A stretch of 64,000 nt of DNA from the NCBI GenBank assembly GCA_012295275.1, contig CM022679.1, positions 8,494,001-8,558,000 on the forward strand. The letters run 5' to 3'. The notes below the pieces were generated by a model. It was not told the origin of the DNA, did no database searches, and was given only the letters and a program-made list of their open reading frames with translations. Below, piece after piece: positions 29,336 through 48,600 of this stretch. The position numbers and the translations under genes are program-made. Numbering within the stretch: the stretch's first letter is position 1; the number at the start of each line of letters is the position of its first letter. The DNA is from Chrysomallon squamiferum (taxonomy: Eukaryota; Animalia; Mollusca).

Positions 29336-32007
29336 GTAATAAATAATTTTAATACGAATGGAAGGACTGTTAAAACTTCGGTAAGTTTCATAAGTAATCA
29401 TAATAATAAAAAACAAAAGTAATCTTCCAAAACCCAACAAATGGAAGGACTGTCCGAAACCATACGTTTACAAATATAAATTACCATTTCGTTTATTGTA
29501 ATCTTTATTTATATATTACCATATTATCTAAAAAAGAAAAAACATTGCGCTTGAACGAGGGCAGCGAAATATAATCAAACACACACTTCTGCCTTGAAAT
29601 ATGTTTACTAAAACTCTTTTCACATTTATTCCATTTTGCAAAGGTACGAAGGTGATGCAGTTTATAAACGCGCACAGCTCAGTGAAAGATGGAATAGAGT
29701 CTCCAGTGGAAATCACTGCTATGGCGTTTGACAGTCAGGAGAAACGAGTGCTGACGGGTGCGCGCGACGGTTCAGTGAAAATGTGGAACTTCAACAACGG
29801 CGCCTGCCTCCAGGAGCTGCACATCGCAGAAAAAACCCACGTCGTGGCCATCGTGTGCTCCCGGGACGAGATCTTTGTGACAGGCTGGAGCAGAAACATC
29901 AGCGTATTCTTGGACGGCGCTGGCGACGTCAGCAGGAAAACGTGGCCAACGCGACATAACGAAGACATTCTTTGCATGATCTATAACAACCCCAAGTTCA
30001 TAGCCACGAGCTCTTACGACGGCGACATAATACTGTGGCTTCGCGACACGGGCCAAGCAGTCTGTCGGTTTAATGCGCACGAAAGCGACGAGCCCATTGA
30101 CCTGCTAAATACGTACAACACGGTGTCAACTCAGGCAAAGAAAGCCAGTTCGGTCAGAGACGACAGTTCTGCGTTCCTCGATGTCTATCCAGCCGCATCG
30201 GTAGCACGATCTTCTCCAATAAGTTATTCGGTCCTCGATATTGGCGGTCGACGACACTTCAGTCTTCAGCGGGCAAACACTCAAGAATCGCTGCACACTG
30301 AACTGCTGGCTGTCGCAGGCAGTGAGCTGGATAATAAACACGTCAGCTGGACGGCGCGACAAAGCCTTTTCTCGAGACGCGACAGTGGTGCGTCTAAGCA
30401 GACCAGCATGCTGTCGCGACAAAACAGCGTATCCTCGGAAAGACAAAACCTGGCGCTCGAACGCCGGCACCTGTCCAAAGACAGCAGCAGAAAATTTGGC
30501 AGGTCCATTTTCGCCAAACTGTCGGACAGCGGCGAACGGGAAGAACATTTAGTCGTAGCGAAGAAGAAACCCAAAGAATTCTGCGAACACCCGTTGCTAT
30601 GGGCTCTGGACAGAAGTGCAATCGTTGACCAAGAAAGTGAGTATAATCCAAAGAAACAGTATCCGAGAGAGGAGTATGACGACTTGTGTAAACTCTATGA
30701 AGCTGCAGTCGATACGATTCTGTTTCTGGAGAGCCGCGACGCTATGGATAAAAAAACAGCGACGCTCATAGCAGCTGGTTCCGAAGGATGGGTTAGAGCG
30801 TGGTCCATTCAAGGAGGCTTGTTAGGTCAGTTCAACGCTGGTCACAGGACTGGTAGTTCGATTACTCATATGGTAACCGACGAGTCAAACAAATACCTCA
30901 TTACTTCTGATTCCTTAGGATACGTGAAGGTCTGGGATTTGGTTAATTACTGTACCAGGAACAAAATGTCAGCCGATGAATTACAGCGACACAAAGAGAA
31001 AATGAAAAAAAAATTTGCTTTCCTGAGGATGCCCGTACATTTTTTCAAACACTTCGAAAATAAAATGAAAGCTGAAACTGTAAGGCCACCTCCAAAAACG
31101 AGCAAACCAGAAAAGAACCTCAAACGTCCATTTTTGTTGAATTCTTTCAAAGCACACAATACCGCTGTTAACCACATGAACATGGTGAATGAAAACTACA
31201 TTATAACATGTAGCTCCGACCAGTCCGTCCGCATGTGGACCATATATGGCATCTACATAGGAACATTTGGTGAAAAATGGCGCATTAGTTTAGATCAAAT
31301 AGATTCGTCGATGCTAACTCGGCCGGTGCCTATGGATTTGAGGAGAACTGGTTCCGCGCGAACTCTCTGGGTCCTTAACGGAGGAACATTACCTCACTGG
31401 CAAACCGCCTTTAAAGTAATCCGTCAGATCGGCTTCTTTCGACTTCTGCGAAAAGTGTGTTCCGGGAAGAAGGCAAAAGAAGAAGAGGAAGAAGACGAAG
31501 AAGAAAAAGAAGAAGAAGAAGAAGAAGAAGAAGCAGAAGCAGAAGAAGAAGAAGTAGAAGAAGAAAAAAAAGCGGAGGAAGAAACGTTTGAGGATACACG
31601 GAGGCAATCAGAAATGCCACGTGCCAGCTTCAGCAAAATTCTGGGCAGATCATACAAACGACAAATGAGACACAAACTTCCACCACATATTCCCAGACTT
31701 TTTGAGTCACCGTGTGCGGTAAGTGATGACGGGCATAACCTGTTTCTTACAGTTTTATAGTTTTTGATCATTTTCAGCAATAATTACACATTTAAAGCGT
31801 ATCTTTTTTTTTTTTTTTTTTTTTTTTTATACACTGTCGACCGATAGCCATTTTAAAAAAAAAAATTATTTAATTATTTATTCTGACATTAGAAGATACT
31901 TTAAAACAAAATGATAAATCCATCCGTCACATGTCATCACATACAGTAAAATAGGTTTTCTTTTTCTTGCCTTAATTTTTTAATTATTTATTTTTTTTTT
32001 TATTTAT

Positions 32008-32085
<78 letters not shown>

Positions 32086-32422
32086 AATTCACGTTCTGTC
32101 TTATTCTAAAACGGTATTTTGTTTTCACCATTTTTATTTCCAGTTTGGTGTTTACCATACGTTGCCCTTCGTGGATTTGACGCCAGTAAATGTAAACCAA
32201 ATACCAGACGTCATTGAAGAAATTAACGTTCGGCGTCTTGAATCACACTGCAGAAAAGACAAAGGCAGGGAGTGCCACGCCATTGCTAATGCCGAGAAAG
32301 TGTTTGTAAAATTTTCAATACAGAATCGGACACGATTTAAACAGGGCGAAAAAGATGACAGAATACTTGCTAAATACCCTACTGCGTATTCAGAAAATGT
32401 TCCAAAGCTGCCTCCAATTTAG
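25865..32422 (+). CDS. EF-hand + WD40 repeat protein (WDR49/WDR64/EFCAB8/WDY-like, cilia/sperm-associated family), 1346 aa
   Basis: Exons 25865-26083, 26734-26855, 27270-28251, 28820-29183, 29644-31718, 32144-32422 (4041 nt, phases consistent, ends TAG). EF-hand FMKMDVDCDGTVDWTEY is followed by many WD repeats (SGGPDYVVRLWNPY, GHTRPV, LTGARDGSVKMWNFNNG, TSSYDGDIILW, TSDSLGYVKVWD, TCSSDQSVRMWT). Poly-Glu tract near the C-terminus. Confidence 0.88.
31476..31585 (+). repeat. Coding (GAA)n repeat giving a poly-Glu tract in the WD40 protein
   Basis: gaagaagaggaagaagacgaagaa..., in frame as KEEEEEDEEEKEEEEEEEEAEAEEEEVEEEKK. Confidence 0.9.
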
Positions 32423-32634
32423 TCACAGTTATTAATTATTATATTATTAAAGAAGTTAAGATATTGTTTGTGAACAAGATTTGGATACCTTATCAAATGT
32501 GGTCATGAGTAATGGTGTTTTTTTTTAGGAAAAACAAATAAATAAAATATTTATTTTATATGAGTAATAAATTCCTCTTTATATATCTGTTAGTGATTAA
32601 CAGATTGCATTTTATTTCTCTTTCAATTTTACTA

Positions 32635-32816
32635 CAGGTACCAGACCAGGTATCCAGGAATCCTGGGAATGAGGAGAGGCCGACTTTCGTTGGACCAAGG
32701 CTTAAAATATAAAACAAACTATGAAAAGTAAAGAACAAAACTGTATTTTGCAGATAACATTTAATATCCTTTTAAAGCCATTTTTTCTGGAAGCCAGATA
32801 AATGATCTGGTACCTG
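32635..32816. mobile_element. TA-flanked MITE, 182 bp (Tc1/mariner-pogo superfamily-like)
   Basis: TA|CAGGTACCAGA (32633-32645) and TCTGGTACCTG|TA (32806-32818). The inverted match extends imperfectly to about 28-30 bp (caggtaccagaccaggtatccaggaatcc vs caggtaccagatcatttatctggcttcc). Confidence 0.7.
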
Positions 32817-33309
32817 TACTTTAACTGTTCCGATTATAATAACATCAAATCGAGTCCAAATATATAGATATATATATATATATATATTCTAAATCTATAT
32901 CTGTTCTATCTCTTTATTTGTGAATAGAAAACAGTTTTATTTTATAACAAATACAGAATAATATTGACTATACCTGAATATAAACATTCAAAGTAATAAA
33001 TAAATATTGACTGGTATTGCTGCCTGTGTAGTTACTGGATCCTGTTAAAAACGTAGAAGTTTCAACAAAACAGTCTAGATTAGTCATTACTTTTTTCTTC
33101 TTCTCACTTCATAATGCTGAAAGACATTTATAATTACTGTGACAAATAACATTTTGATATTTTAACACAGTAATTAATGTCTCTCTCTCTCTCTATATAT
33201 ATATATTCTTGATAAAAAATCCAAAAACATGCTGTATATATTTTATTTATTTATTATTTTTTTTAATTTTTTTTTAAAATAGTTTATGATTGGCCAATCT
33301 GACACCAGA

Positions 33310-39038
<5,729 letters not shown>

Positions 39039-39663
39039 CTTGTTTGATTACTATCAATATCATTAGTGGTATGACATTCAGCTGTCTACAGAGAACGCAG
39101 TTAACAACCAAAGAACCAGTGGGGCAGAAACGGTGCATCTCCTTTCTTTGGGCTTTTATTTTGTAATACCTTAAATAGACTTAAAAATTAGTCTGAGTAT
39201 AGAGGTTACTTGACACCCATGGTCATGCATTAGTGGCTGCACTATAACTAGTATGAGCATAATCAATTTAAATGTATTAAACAAACAAAATCATCTGAGT
39301 GTTCTTATTGACAATGTTCAGACTCATTCAGAGCTTGTAAGTTCAAAAGTAGTTTGTAATGCACATCTTTGTCCGCCGACGTTTAAACTGACATTATCTC
39401 AAGCTAATCACTGAATAATAAAAAGATAAATATTATAAGAAAATAGCTTATGCAATTCCGGAAATTGCGACAAATACATTCTATCAGTAGAATCACTTTC
39501 ATTTGATAACAACCGATTTGACCAAACTGCACTACAAAAGCAGAAGGGTCCGTAACCTAAATAGGACAAAATTAAGAACGAGCTTAAAACTTCTTTTTAT
39601 TATTACTATTACTGAACTTCAGATCACAAAAACAACAGACGAAAGTACAAAAGAAGACTAAGT
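39039..39663. promoter_or_regulatory. Putative bidirectional promoter CRYM / NUP85
   Basis: Divergent start codons 625 bp apart and locally more CpG than the flanking gene bodies. YY1-type CAAGATGGCG overlaps the CRYM ATG (minus strand) and an ETS-type CCGGAA lies near 39458. Confidence 0.7.
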
Positions 39664-42600
39664 ATGGCTGACGAGCGGGAAAGAGAATTTATGTTCCTGG
39701 TAATTTAGTAAATACGCTGTTAATTTTTTAGATGATACTGATAACATTTAAACGTTATTGTCTGCAAGCATTACCTATTCAAATATAAATGATTATATTA
39801 GTTTCATCTGTGTCACCATGCCATGTATCTTACATGTTATCGTTGATAATCTAAAATAAAAATCAAATAGATTTAGATTCATTTTAAAACAGTTTAAGTT
39901 TTAAGTTGACTAGAGTAGTCAAAAATCATACGATGAGGCAGCAGGTAGTCTAAAGAGGTATACGAAAAGGTTAAGTAGCACGAACTTGTTAACTGAGACC
40001 ATTTCTGCAATCACAATGTGATCGAGAATAATGTATTATTTTTTTATTACAAACTATTCAAAGAATAAAAGAACAAACATTGCGCATGATTTGCTCGTGT
40101 GCATTTAATGGTATTTTAAAAAAAAAAAAAAAAAATCTGTTTTAACATTTCCAGTTCAATTAAAAAAATAAAAATAAAATAACGTGTAAGCAGTAAAATT
40201 ACAATGTAGATTTACTTTCTAATTCAGAATGTGCCATGTAATAATGCAGAAACTATACATCCAGTATGGGGTCTCGGCAATCAGTTGTTTGTTTATCCAG
40301 GTGGAGCACCAAGAGCTACACATTCAGGTTTGACAAACAGTTTATATCATTTGAATTTTAAGTAAAAACTGGAAGTCAAAAACCAGTGTTTTCATTTCTC
40401 ATAAAAGTTACGTCTGTTTCATCTTTAACAATTGAACCAAAATATTAGTGGTATAATATGACTTCATTTGAATAAGAGCCTTTAGTTAGTAGCAAAGTAC
40501 TTTTAACTTTTCCATTTTATTATATTTATAAAAAAAAATCAGTCATTTTCTTCAAATTTGTGTTGTTGAAAGAATAGGAATGTTTTAGAAACTATTTTTG
40601 CCTAAAGATGTACCCTGTTGCATTTTTTTAGAATTTCTTCTTTAAATAGGAGTAAGACTTTAAGTGATAAAGAAACACTGCCTCAATGTCCATGTGCTTT
40701 TCCTCTTTACCTTTTTTTATTTTTCTATATTTATTTATTTTGTTTATAGTAAGGAATGATGATCCCCACACTTCAGAAATTTCTGAAGTAAAATGGAGTG
40801 CAGATATGCATGGACAGATCACACGCAAGCTAGTCAATGAGTCGCACAGTGAGTATCAAGAGATGCTTTTGAAACATATTTACTTCATTTACACATACTT
40901 TAAAAACAACATATGATTCAGATTTATTGTGGAGCCTATAAAAGATTCAGATTTGTAATCTTATAACAGTAAATGTACTTCCATTTAGACAATAAAATGT
41001 TTAAAATATGCATATTTACTGTTTACATATAGCTCCAAGTAACTATAAAAGTATTTTTATAACAAAACTGTAAACTGTTTTTCAGATATCTTTGTAATGT
41101 TGCAAGGACAGGCTGCAAGTCTTCCAGAAGCAACACTTCGTGCCCAGTAAGTAAAGTGACATTTCACAGTAAAACAGTCTTGAATTTGTTCTAGTTATGC
41201 AGTTACAATTTATTTTTATATTACACATTAATATAACATAAAATTATAGGTTCTAAAACATATTCAGTGTTTTCTTAATATACAAATTTTCCTAGTTGTT
41301 GAGCACCATTTTATGTTCAGTTAGAATTTATTTTCATATTACACATTAATATAACATTGATAATTTAGGTTAAAAAAAATTGTTCACCATTTTCTTGGTT
41401 CTGGAGGACCATTCAGTTAGAATTTATTTTTATATTATACATTAATGTAATTTAAAATAAAGCTTCTAAAAATGATTCACTATTTTCTTGGACATGGGCC
41501 TTCACTATATGTTCATTATGTGTGCCAGTGTATGATTGAGTGCTGTTTACAGCTGTTTATTAAATATAGATCACTGCTTGTTTATCACAGAACATGTTGA
41601 AGAAAAATAAGTTAGCATAGATGATAGTTTTTTGGCATTTGGTGCCAATATACCTCTTTTTTTTTTCTCCTATTTTTTTCATACTGTGCTGCAGGTGCTT
41701 ATGGTTCAGTGTAACTGTTGCTTTTATCTTGGGGTGAAAATTATTTTCAAGCAATTTTGTGAAATGGCATTCTAATCTGTTGAGTTTGTGTTTTCATTCA
41801 GATTGATAAAAGCCAGTAAACAGTACAGATCAGTGTTAAAGGCTTGTTGTTTGGAACTTCTCTCTCTTTTAGGTGAGTGAAGCATTCTTATCTTCCTTAC
41901 ATTTAAATACAATATTTTATTATTTCTTTAGTATACTGAATTAAGAGAAGTATCATACATTCAAGATTATTATAACAGTTTTAGACATTTTCCTCAGATG
42001 TAAATTATCTTGTAAATTTATTGAAATAAATATTCTTAATTATGGAAATGTTTTTTTTATTTTTATTTTTTTTTATTTGCTCATTTATAATTTGAATTAC
42101 CTTTTTTATTACTTTTTTTTTTTTGTAATTGTGGTTACAGAAAATACTATGGATGATATTGAACAGAGCTTGTATGAAGAACAGTTACAAATGTTTGAAA
42201 TGATTCAGCTAATTTGGTATCTGTGTGAAATTCTCTTTATTGACATTGCCCCAGGTAACTGAACAATCAAATTTATTTATTATTTTTCTAATTATTTTAA
42301 TTTAATTTTCTAACTTAATCTTTTGTAAGTATAATTGGTGTAAGACAGAGGATTTGTGGTAATGATTTTTCCAATATAGATCATTCAAAGAAAAAGTTCA
42401 CCATCCCAGACAAATAATGAAATTGAAATATTTCTATATTTAATTAAATTTTCCATAAATGTTTTTTTTTTTTAATAATATATTTTTTTGCGTGTAATTT
42501 TGGCAAAATGCAAAATTGTGTTTTTAAATGACATTTTTGAAAAACTGTTCTTTCCATCAAAATGTTGAAATATTAGGATAAAATTATTTTCTGGCAGTTT

Positions 42601-45600
42601 TATGAAATGGCACTGTCATATAAGTATTTCTCTGTGCTAATCAGATTTTTTTCTGAATCTCAGATGGAATGGTTATTAACCAGTTACTTGACTGGATTCG
42701 CTGGCATTTCACTAAAGGCAAGTCACAAGCAGTGGCAATAATGAACGAGGAGGACCAGAAAGACCAACACCCAGACTACTGGGATACTGTTAGTAGTGAC
42801 TTGTATTTCACTTTTTAAATTATTTTTTTTGATTTGACCACATCACTTCAGTTAACACTGAGAAAATTTGTGGTGCTACAATTGTTTAGAATGTCTGTTT
42901 AGAGCAAGTGTAATAAATATAGCATTCAGACCAGAACATTACTCTGTCACAGTTACTGATTACAATTCAGTTATAATTTAATATCTGGGCTGTGGATTTT
43001 TAAAAAAAATTTAAAGCTATTATTAATTCTGACACATTTATTTTCTGTACATTCATAACATAATTAACCTTAGCTATTTCAAATAGGATTTAATATCTAT
43101 ATAGATAGATTTTGTTATTGTTGTTGTTATTAGTATTATTACTTTACAAGATACCTTTGCAATTATTTCCATTCAGATATGAAGCAATCTGAGTTGATCT
43201 TTTGTTTCTGAAGTTCATTAAATGCTTATCCATTGCAACATAGTGCATATTTTCTTTTAGCAGTCAAGAATTTAATAAATCTGTTAAATAATTAATCTTC
43301 AGTCATTCTTCTTTAACAGTAGTTAGTTATTTTGCAGATATATAGACTGTTGCTGCAAGGAGACATTGACATTGCTAGAAAACTTCTTTCTCTGCACTCT
43401 CTCAGTCGTTCTGAAGCTTTTGTCCTTGTTGACATGCTGCTGAGGAAAATGCCTCAAAATACTGTGAGTAGTAAAAACCAGATCACTTCAAATGTTGAAT
43501 TACTCATAGTAACTGAATTTTTAATCAAATAAAATAAGTATTTGATGACTTGATTTTGATATATTTGCATGCTTGTATTGGTGTGTACATTCTTGAATAT
43601 GTTTGTATTGGTGTGTGTGTGTTGATATTTGTAAAATATACATGTTGCTGTCTACACACATACACACACACACACATATACACACACTTGTATAATATAT
43701 GATCCTGTGAATATGGTATGAACAAGTGATATACATATCCAAGTGAATTCCAGTTTGGTGCTGTTTTTTTTTTTTTTTAGTCCAAGTAAAGTAAATATAC
43801 CAGCAGAGATGTTAAGATTATATTTAAGATTTGACATAAAGGTTGAACGAAATGTTGTGAACAGTTACATTGTTTTATATTCAAAGCATTATCAGCATGT
43901 GACGTCAACGACAGAGTTTGAAATGAGATGGCGTCATTGGCGAGATGAATGTTGTAGACACATAGAAGAACAACAGTTTGCCGCACACACAAACTTACAG
44001 AAGATAATGCAGGTATTACTAATGAAAATACATTTATATTTTAATAATACAATATTTTATTTTATTAAATTTTTTATTATATTGTGCATTTTTATTGTTG
44101 TTAATACTCTAAACAGATATGAATAATACTGATGATTCTGAATATTTTGTATTACATGCTGTTAACTCAGCAATATTTTTTATTTTATTTAATTTTTTAT
44201 TATTATTTTTTTTCAATCAAAAAAGTTTTTTATTTTATTTTATTTTTATTTATATTTATTTTAAATAAAATAAGTAACAATTGTTTGTTTAATGAAATTG
44301 CAGGGTCTTGTGTTTCTTTTTTTTTTTTTTTTTTTTTTTTATTAAACATTATCACCCCTCCAAAAAATGATTTGACTGTTTTGTTATTCAGATTTTAATT
44401 GGAAATGATGCAATATTCACAGAACTGCAGCCACTCTGTGAGACCTGGTATCATCTTCTGGTTTCCAAACTGTTGTACCAGAAACCAACAATCCGAGCTC
44501 TTGATCTCCATTTCCATGTTGAAGTTAGTTCTGATTTATATATATATATATATCTATTTTCATGCTGTATATTTTTATTTTTATTTATGTTCTATTTTTT
44601 TTGTAGTTATGTTATATAATTTTATACTTATTTTATAGATTTCTTCATTTATCTTTTTTATTTTTATTTTCATGTTGTATATTTTTGTATTTATATTATA
44701 TATATTTTTTGTATTTTTGTATACTGTTTTTTTATTACATATTTTTATATTATGCATTTTTGTGTTTTTATGTTTATATTACATTTTTTTAATATTTAGA
44801 TTCAAATGAATTTAGATTTATATAAAAATTACTTACTATGAAAAAAAAGACACTATTAAATAATATTTTAAAGATAAGTTTAAGCTATTTATAAATGCAT
44901 TTATTATTTTATATAGTTTTTGAGGATAACTGTTTTTATTATTTATTTAGTTTTAACTTATCATTTATTTGTTTATTTTTATTTTTATGTTAGTAATTTA
45001 AAAAAAAAATATATATATATTTTAAAATTATTAGATTTTTTATTTTAGTATTTCATTTTTTATTTATTTTTATTTTTTATTTTCATCTAAGAATTGTATA
45101 GAAAATTTCTGTCGAGCTGGAGGGCGAGTAGGAGAGCTGGACAACATTCTTCAGGCAGCCATTCAGTTTGACATCCACCAAGTGATCAAAGACAGCAGGT
45201 TACAGTTACATCCTATCTGACATAACTTACTTGATTATCTACATTACCTAAATTACAAGCATATTCCTTGTAACTTGATGGTGAAAATCAGTAAACCATT
45301 TCAAGATTCCACTATGTGATCCATGATAGCAGGTTGCTGTTGTTACTACAATACATCTAATATAACTTAGTTGATTCTCTACATTACCTAAATTGGAACA
45401 CATATGATTGTATAAATTGGTTGTGCAACTCACTAAGCCATTTGAAGTATGCACTGAAGATTTACACATGACTGCCTGGGTGCACAAAGGGCTATAATTA
45501 TTGTTCATCATTGGGTTAGTTAGAAAAAAAGCATACTGCAGTTTCACATCACATCCATTAACTTTGGGTAACAACTCTTACTGGGATAACAAACAGGCTT

Positions 45601-48600
45601 TACAGACCAATTCAGAAAAATTATAATATCTAAATCACTATAGAGTAAACTAATAATGTACATTCAACAGAGAATTGTACCTAAGAATCCTTTTTAACCC
45701 TCTGTCCTAGTTTTATTTTATAGAAGCTAAATACTCCTTTGTTGTTATTTTTTCCTCTGTTTATAAGTATTTTTGTAATATTTTTTCGTGTTTGCATTTT
45801 TAAAAAACATTTTTTTTTAATGTTTGTTTCTGTATTGCAGTGCTTTTCTCAGTACTGGGAGCTGGTGGTTTGTGGGTCACTTGACAGACATTTTGCAGCA
45901 TTGTGGTCAGCTAGATAGCCATACACTTGCGTCAGTATCTTTTACATTTATAGAACAGTTGGTGTTAAGTGTAGATTATATTATTAATAATGTGCATTAC
46001 AATCTTAAATGTCAGAATAACTTTTGCCACTATTAAAGCATGTTGCATTATGAAATTCACTTCATCAGTTAATGATGGTATATTTGTGACTTTGTTTTTA
46101 TGACATCATCTCCATTGTTAGTTATAGAACTTTAAAAATTAATTTTTTTATTGATCTTTTATTTATAAAAATATATATATATATATATATAAAACTGATT
46201 GATAATAATTATAGCATATGAAATAAAATTGATGATGAAGCTTTAAAGGAAACAATTGTTCATTCCAACTTTTTAGGAAATTACTTCTCAAATTTTCTGT
46301 TACAATTTCATTCAAGTTTTATTATTTGTTTATTAACAACACTTTATAGACTTTTTATTTTAATATTTTATTTATTTATTTATTTATTCTTTTTTTATTT
46401 AATTTAATTTAATTTTTTATTTTCAGTTTTGGCTCAAATTTGCGGGAATATTTATTATTAGATTATGCTTCAAGTCTTATGTCTCATAAAAGGTAAATAT
46501 AAGAAAAACCTCTTTCATTAACACAGAGCTTGGTGTAATTGCTTTTCAGCTTTTTAAATATCAGTTTTTTAAAAAAGAAAATTATCAGAAACTGTTGAAT
46601 ACTTTTTGTCTATGACATATGTCTATTAAACTTTGCTAATAATAAACCATGGCAATAAAATGTTTGTCTGGATGCACAGAGGATGATATTTGACTTTTAA
46701 GATTTTTAATGTTCTGGTTTTTTGTAATTACTGAACACAATTATAAGCCACGTTTTGTGTTTAATTTTTTCATCATTTTTTGTTAACTGATAAAAACAGT
46801 ATAATTTTATATGTAAAAATGTTTTTAAAAATTTTCATTTTTTCAGTTTGTGGCAAGTGGGTGTTGATTACTTGGATTTCTGTCCAGTTTATGGAAGGTA
46901 TGTAAAACTGAGAAATGTAAATAATAAAATTTCTAAATCGATGTTTTTTCTACTTTGATTTAATTCACGAGCTGGAGAAATTAGATATGTATTGCAAATA
47001 TATTAAACAGTGACAACTAAAACATCTTTAAATATTTTTTACGTACTTCATTTTTACACCACTGAAAAGGTTAGATTGCCTTTGACTGCCTTATTTATGT
47101 TTAAAATTTGGATTTCAGAAAATATCTGGAACATTTTGTTGATCATATTCCACTGGAAACAGAAAAGAAGGCTCGCAAAATTCTACACATCTGTGAAGAA
47201 CGAAGTATGCAGGAACAAGGTATGCTTCTTCCCAGATTGCAGGGAATAAATAAATAAATATTTATATTATTTTAAAAAGTTGAAATTGTTTCCAACCCAC
47301 AAATATTCATTAGTAAAATATTCTGTTTTACAGAAATATATGAATAATGTTTCCTTTGAAATCTTCAAAATGTGGCTGAGAACTATTTTAAAAATTATTC
47401 TGATTTCAGCTCAGAGCATCTGTAAAATGATGGGAATGAAGTGTTATCGAAACGGCCAGTTGGGATCAGCACTTTCCTGGTTTCTCCAGTCAAAGGTAGA
47501 CAGTTTTATTTATACCTCAGGCTTTCTTCTTTCTTTTTGTTTATTTAGTTATGATACGGTATTTAAATATATCTTATTCTTTTACAGAATTACATTCATT
47601 GTTGATTACCTCAATACTTTTGTACTGCTGTTACTTATTTGTTTCAAACCAGGTAGATTGAATTTTCATAGTTGGAGAAATTGATGAGTAACAGGATTAA
47701 CCCCCTTTGCTACAGAACTGTATTTTAAATAACTCCATGCTTTCCTTTACATAAAAAAGATGTAACTATAAAGCATGTTTTTCGTAATGATAAAATGTGA
47801 CATGTTTTCTCCTCAGGTAAGTTATATAAAACACTACTAGTGACAGAAACGTAAACATGGTGCTCAGGTCATGTTAAGTAAACTTTAGATAGTCAGACAT
47901 AACTGGCAGAATACATCATTGGTGTTTTTAATAATTATTATTTTAAATAAAATTAAATGTACCTTCTTTGCAGGATGTGGCTGCTGCTACAAGACTAACT
48001 GAAAAGTGAGTAGTGAAACTTTATTTAAAATTACGAGTTTTATTAAAAAGGAAAAATACAGCTTGTCAAAATATATTACTTTTAAAGATTGATTTACACT
48101 TAAGAAAATATTCTTGAATTTTACAAGCTGGGTTTGTTATTTTTTAAATATTTTTTTAATCAAGAGTTTCTGTTTTGTTTATGTAGATTTTTACTGGAGT
48201 ACAGTGAGAAAGGAGAGTTTTCTCATCTTGATCTCATTGATAACCTGGGTCCAGCAATGTTGCTTAGCAGCAGACTGACGTTTCTAGGTAAATTGTTTTA
48301 TTTTTTTTAAGTTTATCTTTAGATATATTTGGGGTTTTTCATTTTCATAAAATGTAAGTGCACATCAACAAGCACTAACAAATCAAACGGGTTCTTTTTG
48401 TGTTTTTTTTTAAGTGAAGATGATCTTAATTCTTCAGTTTTTATTTTATATATTTACATGAAAATATTGGGCTTTGGAACTTTAATATAAACATTTCTTT
48501 TTGTGGTTGTTGATTGTTTTTTGTTTTTGTGTGTATTTGGGTGCCTTAATATTTATTTTATTTCAATATGGACCATTGCATGTGTCACAAATTCTTATCT

